NCBI GenBank assembly: GCA_963781585.1
Contig: CAWAGQ010000011.1
Coordinates: 192,001 to 256,000, forward strand
DNA from: an uncultured Gemmatimonadaceae bacterium
GTDB lineage: Bacteria > Gemmatimonadota > Gemmatimonadetes > Gemmatimonadales > Gemmatimonadaceae
Reading direction: 5' to 3'
DNA length: 64,000 nt
Part shown: positions 20,728-31,308 of the stretch, one piece after another
Layout of the letters: every line of letters starts with the position of its first letter
Position numbering within the stretch: the stretch's first letter is position 1
Program-made: the position numbers and the translations under genes
The notes under the pieces: generated by a model
Told to the model about the DNA's origin: nothing
Seen by the model: the letters and a program-made list of their open reading frames with translations, nothing else
Databases searched by the model: none

Positions 20728-21294
20728 ATGCACACTGCCTTCTGGCGCAGGTGGCACAGATGGATCGGGGTCCCAGCCGTGTTGTTTCTCTGCTTCGCCG
20801 CAGTGACGGGCGTGATGGTGGCGGTTACGGAATTCTTCGGCGCCGATGAGGCGCTGCGCGAGGCCACCCGCGATCTGATCAGCCCCGTGACCGTGGCGTC
20901 GCCTGCGGCAGCCTGGTCCGAGCCGATCCAGAAGGCATTCGCCGACGCGCACACGCGCTTCCCGAATGCACCGGTGGACAAGGTGGAGCTGCAGTTCAAG
21001 GGCGAGCACCCCACGGTGACCATTTTCACGGGAAAGCCGACCGGTGGCGAGGACCGCAAGCTCGTGTTCGAGGCAAAGACGGGAGATCTGGTGGCGAACG
21101 AAACCTACGCCGACAAGCCGTTCCTGTATCGGCTGCACAGCGGTGAAGCATTTGGCGATGGCGGACTGGTGGTGGCGATGTTCTGGGGAACCGCGTTGGC
21201 GCTGATGGGAGTCAGTGGAGGACTCATCTATTGGCACATGTATACCAGGATGAGGATTCGCCACGAGTCGGGGATCCGGCGCATCTTCTGGTAG
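20728..21294 (+). CDS. PepSY-associated TM-helix protein
   Basis: 'WHRWIG', 'YRLHSG', two TM segments around a periplasmic loop. Confidence 0.8.
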   Translation: MHTAFWRRWHRWIGVPAVLFLCFAAVTGVMVAVTEFFGADEALREATRDLISPVTVASPAAAWSEPIQKAFADAHTRFPNAPVDKVELQFKGEHPTVTIFTGKPTGGEDRKLVFEAKTGDLVANETYADKPFLYRLHSGEAFGDGGLVVAMFWGTALALMGVSGGLIYWHMYTRMRIRHESGIRRIFW

Positions 21295-21383
21295 GAGCGG
21301 CGGCAGGCGCCGCGGTTGCTGGCGAGAGAGTGGCGGGGGCCGTAGGCTTCGAAGCGTAGAACACTCACGTCTATTGCGGAGGG

Positions 21384-22295
21384 ATGATGCGTTGTGCAAT
21401 GCGGCGTAGTTGGGGGGCAGCGCGCGTCCTGCCATTCGTGCTCGGGATTCTCGTCACGCCGGGCGCCCGCGGTCTGGCGCAAGGATCGGGGAACGCGCCG
21501 TGGGATGCCGTTGGTCGGATCCTCAAGTCTCCGCCCGCGCCCGCGGCAGGATACGTCCGGTTCAACTTCCCCCGCCGCGACATCACGCTGAGGATCGGCG
21601 ACGTCACGGTGGCGACCGCGATGGCGTCAGGCACCTGGGCGGGATTCAGCGGCGATCCTGCCAACGCCACGATGATGGGCGACCTGGTGCTGCTCGCCGG
21701 GGAGCTCAAGCCGGTGCTCGCGGAGCTGGCCAATCAGCACATCGCAGTCATGGCTATCCACAATCATCTGGCGGGCGAGTCTCCGCCGCTCCTGTACGTC
21801 CACTATCACGCGGATGGACGCGCCGCCGACCTGGCCCAGCGACTGGATCGTGTGCTCGTCCATACCGCAACGCCACGCCCGGTCACGGTTGCCGCCCCGG
21901 CGCCGGCCACGATCGACACCGCCCTGATCTTCGCCACGTTAGGCCTTCACGGGCGCGCCCAGGGAAACGTGGCCCAGGCGTCGGCGATGCTGGTGAGCGG
22001 TCAGGTGACAATGGATGGCCAGGTGGTCAACCCCGCCATGGGCTACGGCACGCCGATCAACATCCAGATGGTGAGCGCCACCCGTGCGGTGGCCACCGGT
22101 GACTTCTCGGTGCTCGCCCCGAAGGCGGCGGATGTGGTGCGCGCATTGTCCATGAACGGCGTGACCGCCACCGCGATGCACACCCATCTGGTGGGAGAGC
22201 AGCCGCAGATCCGCTATATCCACTTCTGGGCCGATGGGCCGCTGGCCGACGTGCTGCGCGGGCTCAGGGCCGCGCTGGACGCGGCGCGCCCCTGA
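21384..22295 (+). CDS. DUF1259 (LppY/LpqO-like) duplicated-domain secreted protein
   Basis: 'MMGDLVL', 'AIHNHL..ESP.L.YVHY' and second copy 'AMHTHL..EQP.I.YIHFW'; start uncertain. Confidence 0.8.
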   Translation: MMRCAMRRSWGAARVLPFVLGILVTPGARGLAQGSGNAPWDAVGRILKSPPAPAAGYVRFNFPRRDITLRIGDVTVATAMASGTWAGFSGDPANATMMGDLVLLAGELKPVLAELANQHIAVMAIHNHLAGESPPLLYVHYHADGRAADLAQRLDRVLVHTATPRPVTVAAPAPATIDTALIFATLGLHGRAQGNVAQASAMLVSGQVTMDGQVVNPAMGYGTPINIQMVSATRAVATGDFSVLAPKAADVVRALSMNGVTATAMHTHLVGEQPQIRYIHFWADGPLADVLRGLRAALDAARP

Positions 22296-22387
22296 TCGCC
22301 GGCCAACCACCCGCCGCGGCCGTGTCGCACGGCCTGCCGGATGCCGGCCCGGCCGGGCGAATCGGCCGGGCTCTGGTCGCCTGATGC

Positions 22388-23008
22388 CTAACGACTCGCG
22401 GCTTCGATCACCTTGCGGAACAGGTCGAACGGAATGGCGCCGGGAATGACCTGACCATTCACGAAGAACGTGGGCGTGCCGCGGATGTTGAGCGTGGTGG
22501 CCAGCAGCGTGTTGTGCTCGATGTGCCGGGCGGCGGTGATTCCCCGGGCGCAGGTCGAGAATCGCGACGCGTCGAGCTTGAGATCCCGGACGTAGCGCGC
22601 TATCACGACCTGCACATCCGATGCCCCCATCCATTCCGTCCGGTGCGAATACAGCAGATCGTGCATCTTCCAGAACGCGTCCTGTTCGGCGGCGCACTCG
22701 GCGGCCACGGAAACCTCCCGTGAATGCCTGAAGTTTCCCGTCACGAACGGAACGAACTTCCACTTCACGATGCCGGTCCGGATGTAGGCGGAATCGATCT
22801 GCGGGTACGTCTCGGCGACGAACTTCGCACAGTAGCCGCAGCCGAAGTCACCGAACTCGATGACATAGACGCGCGCGTGGTCGCCGCCGCGGTCGTGCCC
22901 GACGCCGGCGAGGTCAATGCCGGCCCCCCCCTGCGCACGAGCGAATCCCGGCACCGCGAGTGCGATGAGGGTACTCGCCAGGAGAGCCGCAAACCGCGCG
23001 GCCCGCAT
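22388..23008 (-). CDS. DsbA-family thioredoxin-fold protein
   Basis: 'EFGDFGCGYC', 'GTPTFFVNG'; signal peptide; start uncertain. Confidence 0.88.
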   Translation of the reverse strand: MRAARFAALLASTLIALAVPGFARAQGGAGIDLAGVGHDRGGDHARVYVIEFGDFGCGYCAKFVAETYPQIDSAYIRTGIVKWKFVPFVTGNFRHSREVSVAAECAAEQDAFWKMHDLLYSHRTEWMGASDVQVVIARYVRDLKLDASRFSTCARGITAARHIEHNTLLATTLNIRGTPTFFVNGQVIPGAIPFDLFRKVIEAASR

Positions 23009-23062
23009 AGGCCTTGAGACTGGCAGGGTGGGTGGCATGCGCATCCTATATGTATGTAATGA

Positions 23063-23141
23063 GGGCCAAAGGCCAAGGCCAAAGGCCATTGGGAGGGCCA
23101 AAGGTCCATGGTCATAGGCCAAAGGTCATGGGCCTATGGCC
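23063..23141. repeat. Imperfect heptamer tandem array (GGCCAAA/GGTCATA-like)
   Basis: About 11 units read directly between the DsbA and sigma genes. Confidence 0.8.
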
Positions 23142-23191
23142 GTACACCCCCAACTCTTTTCGCCGAGCCCGTGTCGAAGGGTGTGGAGAAG

Positions 23192-23770
23192 ATGACGCAC
23201 GCCGCGATCGTGAACGATGCCTCAGCCGGCGAAAGCGAGGATCTCCTGATCGCCCGTGCTACGCGCGGAGATCGGGAAGCCGCGCGCGCGCTCTACGACG
23301 CGCACGCGCGCCGTGTCCACCGGCTCGCCTATCGGCTGTGCGGCGACGAGGAGATGGCACAGGACTTCACGCAGGACACGTTCGTGCGGGTGTTTCAGAA
23401 GCTCGAGACGTTTCGCGGCGACGCAGCGTTCGGGACCTGGGTGCATCGCATCGCCGTCACGGTCACGCTCAACGGACTTCGCAAGGAGCGCCGGCTGGCC
23501 CGGCGGTCGGACAATCTGGATGCGGTCGCCGACATGGCCTCGGCTCCAGCGAGCGCCATCGAACCCGATCTCCGGGCGAAACTGGCGGCGGCGATCGAGG
23601 CGCTCCCCGAGAGCTGCCGCACGTCGGTGGTGCTGCACGATCTGGAAGGCTACACGCACGGGGAGATTGCGGCGATGCTCGGGATCGCCGAGGGCACGAG
23701 CAAGGCGCGGTTGTTCGACGCGCGAAACAGGTTGCGCAAGACTCTCTCGCAGTTCTCGCAGGAGCGGTAA
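23192..23770 (+). CDS. ECF RNA polymerase sigma-70 factor
   Basis: 'AQDFTQDTF', 'FGTWVHRIA', 'EGYTHGEIAAMLGIAEGTSKARL'. Confidence 0.93.
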   Translation: MTHAAIVNDASAGESEDLLIARATRGDREAARALYDAHARRVHRLAYRLCGDEEMAQDFTQDTFVRVFQKLETFRGDAAFGTWVHRIAVTVTLNGLRKERRLARRSDNLDAVADMASAPASAIEPDLRAKLAAAIEALPESCRTSVVLHDLEGYTHGEIAAMLGIAEGTSKARLFDARNRLRKTLSQFSQER

Positions 23771-23774
23771 CACC

Positions 23775-24395
23775 ATGACGGACGAACGACTTCAGGAACT
23801 TCTCGACGACGCGGCGCGCACCTGGCGCGTCCTGCCGGAGCCCGACGTCGCAGGAATATGGTCGCGCGTGGAGCATGCGGTGTTCGACGGAGCAGGCAAG
23901 CGTCGCCGCTGGATGAAGGCGCCCGGATGGCGCGTGCTGGGGCTGGCGATGGCGGCTTCCCTCGTGATCGGGGTGGCGCTCGGGCGGATCGTATCGCGTC
24001 CGGCCTCCACCACGCCGCTGGCGACGACGCCGGACACGGCGCGCAGGGTTGCGTCGGCGTACGACCAGGCGGCGACGGATCTCCTCGGCCGCTCGGCGGT
24101 GCTGCTGACCGCGCTCCCGGCGGAGGTGCGCCGCGGGGGGGCGAACGAGCGCTTCACGTCGCAGGCGAGCGAGCTGCTCACCACCACCCGCCTCCTCCTC
24201 GACTCGCCGGCGGCGTCCGATCGCCGGTTCAAGGAACTGCTCGAGGACCTGGAGCTGGTGCTGGCGCAGGTGGCCCGGATGAAGCCGGCGCGGGGACACG
24301 AAGAGATGGATCTGATCACCGATGCACTTGAAGAGCGCGACGTGGTACCGCGGATCCGTTCCGAGGTGGCGCGTCTGTCGTTAGGCGACGGATAA
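23775..24395 (+). CDS. Single-TM protein, putative anti-sigma factor
   Basis: Starts 4 nt after the sigma stop; 'LAMAASLVIGVALG' TM; function inferred from position. Confidence 0.7.
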   Translation: MTDERLQELLDDAARTWRVLPEPDVAGIWSRVEHAVFDGAGKRRRWMKAPGWRVLGLAMAASLVIGVALGRIVSRPASTTPLATTPDTARRVASAYDQAATDLLGRSAVLLTALPAEVRRGGANERFTSQASELLTTTRLLLDSPAASDRRFKELLEDLELVLAQVARMKPARGHEEMDLITDALEERDVVPRIRSEVARLSLGDG

Positions 24396-24409
24396 GGGAG
24401 ACGACGAGA

Positions 24410-26205
24410 ATGAGAACGACATGGATGGCGCTCGTGGCGCTGGCCGCGGCGGGCGCAGTGGGAGCCCAGCAGCGCCCGGTGACGCCGCCCCGTCCCGACA
24501 CGGGGCGCGTGGCGCCCCGGACCGGGGCGGGGACTGGTGCGCCGCGCCCATTTGACCGAGGCCAGCGCGGGATGGAACTCCTCCCTCCGATTGGCTGGGT
24601 AGGGTCTGACTTCGGCGGTCTGGGCGATCTGGCGGCTCCCGGACACGACTTTGGCCTCGCAGCGTGGGGATTACAGGGGGGTCAGGGTGTTCAGGGAGGT
24701 GGCTGGGCCCAAGGCACCTCGGATGCGCTGCAGGCTCTCCGCAACCGGTTGGAGGACATGCGACTGCAGCAGTTCGACCTGCAGCAGGGTCTGCAGCAGG
24801 ATCTGCAGCTCGACGCCCTCAATCAACGACTGCAGAATCTCGACCTGGAGCAGGGACTGCGGCTCGACGCGCTCAATCAACGAGTGCAGAGTCTCGATCT
24901 GCAGCACAACCTGGCGTGGGGACTCTCCAGCAGCGGCACGGTGCTGAGCGAACGCATGCCGGCACCGTACGCCCAGGGCGACGTCGCCGACTCCGTGTAC
25001 CGGAGCGCGCGCGAGATGGTGAATCGGGGCGACTGGCGCATGGCGGCGCAGACCCTGCGTGCCCTGCCGCAACGGTATCCCAATTCGGCCTATGTGGCCG
25101 ACGCCCTCTACTGGCAGGCATTCTCGCTCTATCGCATCGGCACCACGACCGACCTCCGGCAGGCGCTGACCGCCCTCGATGCGCTGCGTGACAAGTATCC
25201 CAACGCCCGTACCCAGGCCGATGCGTCGACGCTCTCGATGCGCATCATGGGCGCGCTGGCGGACCGGGGCGATGCGCAGGCGCGGGCCGACCTGGCGCGC
25301 GCCGCCGCCCAGAATCCGCAAGGGTGCGACAAGGATCAGCAGGCCGTGCAGATCGAGGCGATGAACGCCCTCAGCCACACCGATCCGGAGAACATGAGCG
25401 CGCCTGCTGGACAAGGTGCTCGCGCGAACGGATGCGTGCTCGGTGCCGCTTCGCCGCGGTGCGGTCTTCCTGATCGGGAACAAGCGCGACGCCGGCTCGG
25501 TCGCGCTGCTGGCGCGTGTCGCGAAGAACGATCCCAGCGCCGACGTGCGCGTGGCGGCCATCGACTGGCTGGGGCGCATCCCGTCCGAGGATGGGCTGAA
25601 CACGCTCGAAGAGCTCACGCGCTCGAGCGACAGCGAGAACGTGCAGCGGGCCGCGATACGCGCGCTCGTCGCACATCCCAGCGCGCGCGCACGCCAGCTG
25701 GTCCGTTCGATCGTCGAGCGCGAAGACGTGCCGGAGCGACTTGCGCGCGGAAGCGCTGTCCGCGTTCGACCGCGATGGAACGTCCACCGATGACGTCGCG
25801 TGGCTGCGCAGCGTCTACGCGAAACTCACCAACTCGCGGCTCAAGCAGCGGGCGCTCTCGGCCATCACGCGCGTCGGCGGAAGCGACGTGGATCAGTGGC
25901 TGGCCGGGATCGTGCGCAACGAAGACGAATCGAGCGAGCTGCGAGCGATCGCGCTGCGGCGGATCGGCAAGTCGATGTCGGTGGCCGACCTCGGGAAACT
26001 CTACGACGATGCGTCGGCGCGGATCGTCCGCGAGCAGCTCATCAGCATCTTCGGCGACCGCAAGGAACCGGAAGCGACCGACAAGCTGATCGACATCGTG
26101 AAGAAGGGGACCGATCCCAATCTGCAGAGGCGGGCCATCAGTGCCCTTTCCTCCAAGAACGATCCCAGGACTACGGCCCTGCTGCTGGAGATCATCAACA
26201 AATGA
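24410..26205 (+). CDS. Secreted TPR/HEAT-repeat protein, split by two +1 frameshifts (about 25402 and 25740)
   Basis: Signal peptide; 'YPNSAYVADALYW' TPR-like segment; HEAT repeats continue in ORFs 25416-25793 and 25741-26205; removing one C at each junction restores one frame. Confidence 0.8.
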
Positions 26206-27491
26206 CGACGACGATGCGCGCCGCAGGCTGGGCGGGGGCGATGGCGATCCTGGTGGTCGCCGCGCTGCCGGCCTGCGCGCAGACGGTGGAGCGCCGGGTG
26301 AACGGCGCCCCGACGGGCAACGTGACGTTCCACTTCGCGGCGCGTGCCAACGTGTGCGGCGATGGCCAGAACTATCTCAGGTCGGACTACGGTAGCTGGT
26401 ACGGGAGCAACTACGATATGTCCCGAACGCTGTCGTGCGACGCGGGTCCGGTGCGCGTGCTGCTGGTGCGTGACGGGCGCGATCTCCTGCGGATTCAGGC
26501 CTTCGCAGGTCCGCTGGCGACGGAGCCGAACGCGACGGATCTCGGTGCGGTCCCGGCCGCTGAGGCGGCGTCGTATCTGCTGGGTCTCGCGAAGACCGTG
26601 GATGGGCGTCCCGGGCGCGACGCGCTCCTGCCGGCGATGCTGGCCGACAGCACGCTGGTGACGCGCGACCTGCTGGCGCTGGCCAAGGACGGCCAGCGCA
26701 GTCGCGAAGTTCGACGGAGCGCGCTCTCATACCTGGTGCGGCGGCGTGGCGATCGCGGGGAACTCTCGGCCGACGAAGTGAGCCGAGCGTTGACCACGAT
26801 TGCGCGCGACGAGTCCGAGACGCGGACGGTGCGTGATCAGGCGATGGGCTCGCTGGCGCGCGTCGAGAGCGGGGAAGGGCTGACGGCGATGGTCGCGATG
26901 ACCGAGGATGCGTCTGATTCGTGGATGGCGCGGCGCGCGGTGGAGCTGCTGGCCAGCTCCGGCGATCCTCGCGCGCGTCCGTATCTGCGGACCGCCGCCG
27001 AGCGGACGGAGCTGACCGAGGAGGCGCGGGTGGCGGCGATCAACGGGATCGCCGGTGACTACGCCACCTCGAAGGACGGGGAGTTCCTGCGGGGGCTTTA
27101 CGGCCGGCTCAACTCCGACCGGCTGCGCGAGGCTGCGCTGAGCGGCGTCGCCAACATCGGAGGCGCCGACAGCCGCCAGTGGATCATGGGCATCGCGCGC
27201 GATTCGAGTCAGGACATCCGCCAGCGGAGGCGGGCGGTGGAGCTGTCGGACCGGATCGGCGTCACGGCGTCGGACCTGAGCCGGATGTACGACGCGGTGG
27301 GCAACGACGAGGTGCGGTCGTCGATCATCAGCGAGCTGGCGCAGCTGGGAACGCGGGCGGCGTCGGACAAGCTGATCGCGATCGCGAAGAGCGACACGTC
27401 GGTGAGCAACCGCCGCCGCGCGATTCAGGCGTTAGGCAGGTTCGACGATCCGAAGGTCCGGGAGGCGTTGCGGGAGATAGTGGGGAGGTAG
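26202..27491 (+). CDS. Secreted HEAT-repeat protein
   Basis: ATG overlaps upstream stop (ATGA); signal peptide; repeated 'VRRSAL', 'VRDQAM', 'NRRRAIQALG'. Confidence 0.85.
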   Translation: MTTTMRAAGWAGAMAILVVAALPACAQTVERRVNGAPTGNVTFHFAARANVCGDGQNYLRSDYGSWYGSNYDMSRTLSCDAGPVRVLLVRDGRDLLRIQAFAGPLATEPNATDLGAVPAAEAASYLLGLAKTVDGRPGRDALLPAMLADSTLVTRDLLALAKDGQRSREVRRSALSYLVRRRGDRGELSADEVSRALTTIARDESETRTVRDQAMGSLARVESGEGLTAMVAMTEDASDSWMARRAVELLASSGDPRARPYLRTAAERTELTEEARVAAINGIAGDYATSKDGEFLRGLYGRLNSDRLREAALSGVANIGGADSRQWIMGIARDSSQDIRQRRRAVELSDRIGVTASDLSRMYDAVGNDEVRSSIISELAQLGTRAASDKLIAIAKSDTSVSNRRRAIQALGRFDDPKVREALREIVGR

Positions 27492-27580
27492 TCCATAGGC
27501 TATAGGTCATGGGCCATCGGTCATGGGCCATCGGTCATGGGTCCCATGAGCTATGACCTATGGCCTCTGGCCTCTGGCCT
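27491..27580. repeat. Heptamer array GG(T/C)CAT(A/G/C) followed by reverse-complement-like units
   Basis: GGTCATG/GGCCATC units, then TATGACC, TATGGCC, TCTGGCC; same family as 23063-23141. Confidence 0.8.
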
Positions 27581-27636
27581 GCTCCAAGTCTAGCCCCCCT
27601 CCTCTCCGCCGGTAGATTCTCCGCACACCCGGAATC

Positions 27637-30600
27637 GTGCGGAGCGCATTGGCCGACATCCGAGAGCAACTCCAGTCATCGCTGGGCGAGATGTACACCA
27701 TCGAGCGCGAGCTCGGTGGCGGGGGGATGTCGCGCACCTACGTCGCTATGGAGCGGGCGCTCTCGCGCCGGGTGGTGGTGAAGATCCTGTCGCCCGAACT
27801 GGCGGCCGGGGTGTCGGTGGAGCGGTTCAAGCGCGAGATCCTGCTGGCCGCCCAGATGCAGCACCCGCACGTGGTCCCGGTTCTCTCGTCGGGCGACGCG
27901 GGCGGCCTCCCCTGGTTCACCATGCCCTACGTGGAGGGCGAGTCGTTGCGCGTGCGGCTGGCGCGGGGGCCGCTGGCGATCGGGGAAGCAGTCAGCGTCC
28001 TGCGCGACGTCGCGCGGGCGCTGGCGTTCGCGCACTCGCACGGCGTGGTGCATCGCGACATCAAGCCCGACAACGTGCTCCTCTCGCAGGGAAGCGCGAC
28101 GGTCACCGACTTCGGTATCGCCAAGGCCATCAGCGCGGCCCGCGCCGCGGCCCCGGGCGCGACCCTCACCATGGCCGGCACGTCGATCGGGACGCCGGCG
28201 TACATGGCGCCGGAGCAGGCGGCGGGCGATCCGAACATCGACCACCGCTCCGACATCTATGCGTTCGGCGCGATGGCGTACGAGGTGCTGGCCGGGCGGC
28301 CTCCGTTCGAGGGCTCGTCACCCGCCAAACTGCTCGGCGCCCATCTGGCCGAGAAGCCGAGGGACGTGCGGGAGTTGCGCGGGGACATACCCGAGCCACT
28401 GGCCGCGCTCGTCATGCAGTGCCTGGAGAAGGATCCGGCGGCGCGGCCTCAGGAGGCGAGGGACCTCGCCAGAGTGCTCGACAGCGTGACGTCCAGCGGC
28501 GCGGCAACCGCCGCTCCAGGGGTGCTCGCGGGCCGGATCAGGGTGGGTCGCGCGCTCGCAGTCTGGGCCGGCGCGACCGCGCTGGTGGCGCTCACCGCCT
28601 GGGCAGCCACGGTGGTGATCGGGCTCCCCGACTGGGTGCTTCCCGGATCGCTGGGCGTGATGCTCGCCGGATTGCCGGCTATCGGATTCACGGCGTGGGT
28701 GCAGCGCGCCACCCGCCGCGCCTACACGGCCACGCCGACGTTCACGCCCGGCGGTACGCTGTCGGCGGCGCAGGGGACGCTGGCCACGCTCGCCATCAAG
28801 GCCAGTCCCCACGTGTCGTGGCGGCGGACGTGGATGGGTGGGATGGTGGCGGTCGGGGCATTCGTGGCGCTGGTGGTCGGGTTCATGGTCCTCCGTGCGT
28901 TAGGCATCGGGCCGGCGGGATCGCTGATCGGTTCCGGGAAGCTCGGCGCCAACGACCAGATCATCATCACCGACTTCAGGAGCCCCGCCAGCGACTCCAC
29001 GCTCGGCGTGACCGTGACCGAGGCGTTGCGAGCGGACCTCGCCCAGTCGGCGACGCTGCGGGTCATGCCGCGGCTGGCGATCGTCGACATCCTGCGGCTC
29101 ATGCAGCGGCCCGCCGACTCGCGCGTCGACTTCGACCTCGCGCGGTCCATTGCCAGCCGTGAAGGGGTGAAGGCGGTGCTCGATGGCGACATCGTGTCGC
29201 TGGGCGGCCGGTACGTGCTCTCCACCCGGCTCATCTCGGCCCAGGACGGTGGACAGCTGGCCGCGTTCAAGGAGGAGGCCGAGACCCAGAACGATCTGAT
29301 CCCGGCGATCGGGCGGCTGGCGAAGCAACTGCGCTCGAAGGTGGGGGAGTCGCTCAAGCTGGTACGCGAGGCGTCGGCGTTGGATCGCGTCACGACCGGT
29401 TCGCTCGAGGCGCTCCGCAAGTATGTCGCCGCCAACGTGCGGCAGAGCGAAACGAGCGACTACTCGCAGGTGAATCCGCTGCTGGAAGAGGCCGTCGCCA
29501 CCGATTCGACATTCGCGATGGCGTGGCGCCGGCTGGCGATGAACTACAACAACAACGGGCAGCCGGAGAAGGCGCAGGCCGCGGTGGTCCAGGCGTACAA
29601 GTTCCGGGACCGGTTGAGCGAGGTGGAACGACAGCTCACCGTTGGCACCTACTATGAACTCGGCCCGGAGATCGACGACGAGAAGGCGCTCGCCGCCTAC
29701 CAGGCCGCGCTGAGTCGCGACTCGCTCAACTACATCGCGCTCAACGACGCCGCGAACATTCTTCGCGCGCAGCGTGAGAACGAGAAGGCACTCAGCTACT
29801 ACCTCCGAGCCGTCGCGCAGTCGTCAACAAGGACGCCGATCACCTGGAACAATGCCATCTCCGCGGCGACTCTCCTGGGTCGCTGGGATCTGGCCGATAG
29901 CCTCGGGTCGGAGTTCGCCAAGCGGATGCCGGGGAATCCCCAGGCGCTCGCGTTGCCAGGACTCCGTGCTGCCGTCCGGGGAGACTTTGACGAGGCCGAG
30001 CGCGTCCTCGAGTTGGTTCGGCCGCGGATCTCAGGGAGCCGGACTTCGACGGCAACCCTTCTCGGGCAACTCGCGAATGTCATCCAGACTCGAGGACGTC
30101 TGCGCGAGGCCCTCCAGCTCCGGAGCCAGCAGCATGAGCCGCAGATTGAGCAGGGAAGTCACGCGGCGCTGCTGGCCGCGGGGCTCGATTCGGTAGCGGT
30201 GGCCGCGGTCGCGCTGGACGATCCTGTGCGGGCGCGGGCTCTGCTGGCGCGGGCGCTGAAGCGGTCGCCGGTGGACTCGATTCCGCCGCTCCAGCGCGAC
30301 TACGATACCTACCTCGTGGTGGCCATGCTGAGCGGGGACACCGCACGCGCGCGGGAGTGGCATGCGGAGGCGCGGAAGGCGTGGGAGGAACTTGGCAAGG
30401 CTATCGTGCGCCCGGCATGGGAGTCGGTCGATGACGCGGCGCTCGCGGTGTCGGAAGGACGGCTGAGCGACGCGCTGGCGAAGATCGACGAAGCCGACCG
30501 ACGACTGCTCCCGCGCACCGACGTCATCGCATCGATGCGCTTCACCATTCTGGACCGCATGCAGCGCGTGGACTCGGCGATCGCCACGGGCGAGGCGTAC

Positions 30601-30831
30601 CTGTCGAACACCAACCCCAGCCGCCTGGGCTCGGATCCGTTTTTCCGGCCGGACATCGAGCAACGGCTGGGCGAGATGTACGAGGCGAAGGGGGATCTGC
30701 AGAAAGCGCTGGATCACTACCAGGCCTTCGTGGATCTCTGGAAGGACGCCGATGCGGAACTGCAGCCGCGGGTGCGTGATGTGCGGGCGCGGGTTGCGCG
30801 GCTGCAGGCGCGGCTGGGGAAGAAGGGGTGA
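27637..30831 (+). CDS. Ser/Thr protein kinase with TM helices and TPR-like domain (paralog of 7479-10652)
   Basis: HRDIKPDN, DFG, APE; same architecture; ends 'LWKDADAELQP'. Confidence 0.92.
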   Translation: MRSALADIREQLQSSLGEMYTIERELGGGGMSRTYVAMERALSRRVVVKILSPELAAGVSVERFKREILLAAQMQHPHVVPVLSSGDAGGLPWFTMPYVEGESLRVRLARGPLAIGEAVSVLRDVARALAFAHSHGVVHRDIKPDNVLLSQGSATVTDFGIAKAISAARAAAPGATLTMAGTSIGTPAYMAPEQAAGDPNIDHRSDIYAFGAMAYEVLAGRPPFEGSSPAKLLGAHLAEKPRDVRELRGDIPEPLAALVMQCLEKDPAARPQEARDLARVLDSVTSSGAATAAPGVLAGRIRVGRALAVWAGATALVALTAWAATVVIGLPDWVLPGSLGVMLAGLPAIGFTAWVQRATRRAYTATPTFTPGGTLSAAQGTLATLAIKASPHVSWRRTWMGGMVAVGAFVALVVGFMVLRALGIGPAGSLIGSGKLGANDQIIITDFRSPASDSTLGVTVTEALRADLAQSATLRVMPRLAIVDILRLMQRPADSRVDFDLARSIASREGVKAVLDGDIVSLGGRYVLSTRLISAQDGGQLAAFKEEAETQNDLIPAIGRLAKQLRSKVGESLKLVREASALDRVTTGSLEALRKYVAANVRQSETSDYSQVNPLLEEAVATDSTFAMAWRRLAMNYNNNGQPEKAQAAVVQAYKFRDRLSEVERQLTVGTYYELGPEIDDEKALAAYQAALSRDSLNYIALNDAANILRAQRENEKALSYYLRAVAQSSTRTPITWNNAISAATLLGRWDLADSLGSEFAKRMPGNPQALALPGLRAAVRGDFDEAERVLELVRPRISGSRTSTATLLGQLANVIQTRGRLREALQLRSQQHEPQIEQGSHAALLAAGLDSVAVAAVALDDPVRARALLARALKRSPVDSIPPLQRDYDTYLVVAMLSGDTARAREWHAEARKAWEELGKAIVRPAWESVDDAALAVSEGRLSDALAKIDEADRRLLPRTDVIASMRFTILDRMQRVDSAIATGEAYLSNTNPSRLGSDPFFRPDIEQRLGEMYEAKGDLQKALDHYQAFVDLWKDADAELQPRVRDVRARVARLQARLGKKG

Positions 30832-30864
30832 GGGGGGCCTCTGGCCCTTTCACCCTGGATACGC

Positions 30865-31308
30865 TCAAAACAGCGCGACGAATTTCTCCATGCACCCCGT
30901 CCATCCTTCCAGATGCCGCTGGCGCGAGTCCTCGTCAGGCAGGCGTTCGTGGCGGAGGATCACCTCGGTCGACTGGCCGCGGGCCGCGAACTCCACGGTG
31001 ACGATCGAGTTGCGCGCCATGCCGTTCTCCCAGTTCCAGGTGTAGACCAGTCTCGCTGGCGGAGTGACTTCGCGATACTCGCCGGTGGCGATGTGGCGCG
31101 CGCCGTCGGGCGCGACCATCTCGATACGGTACTGGCCGCCCACGCGGAGGTCGACTTCCGCGACAGGCACGGTCATCGGGCCGGGTGCGGCCCACTTCTT
31201 CACTTCTTCCGGTCGCGTCCATGCCTGGAAGACGCGCTCGCGCGGCGCCGCGATCGTGCGGCGGATTTCGAGCGACGTGCCGGTCTGTGCCTGCGCGGTC
31301 TGTGCCAT
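30865..31308 (-). CDS. SRPBCC (AHSA1/START-like) domain protein
   Basis: 'APRERVFQAWT', 'DLRVGGQY', 'RLVYTW', 'GWTG'. Confidence 0.88.
   Translation of the reverse strand: MAQTAQAQTGTSLEIRRTIAAPRERVFQAWTRPEEVKKWAAPGPMTVPVAEVDLRVGGQYRIEMVAPDGARHIATGEYREVTPPARLVYTWNWENGMARNSIVTVEFAARGQSTEVILRHERLPDEDSRQRHLEGWTGCMEKFVALF

Noticed and set aside
24410..26205. HEAT gene (and the M14 gene) as true pseudogenes or programmed frameshifts
   Set aside because: Single extra bases, no slippery motif and no other decay; sequencing error is more parsimonious
23063..27580. Short repeat arrays as CRISPR
   Set aside because: Units are 7 nt and tandem, with no unique spacers and no cas genes
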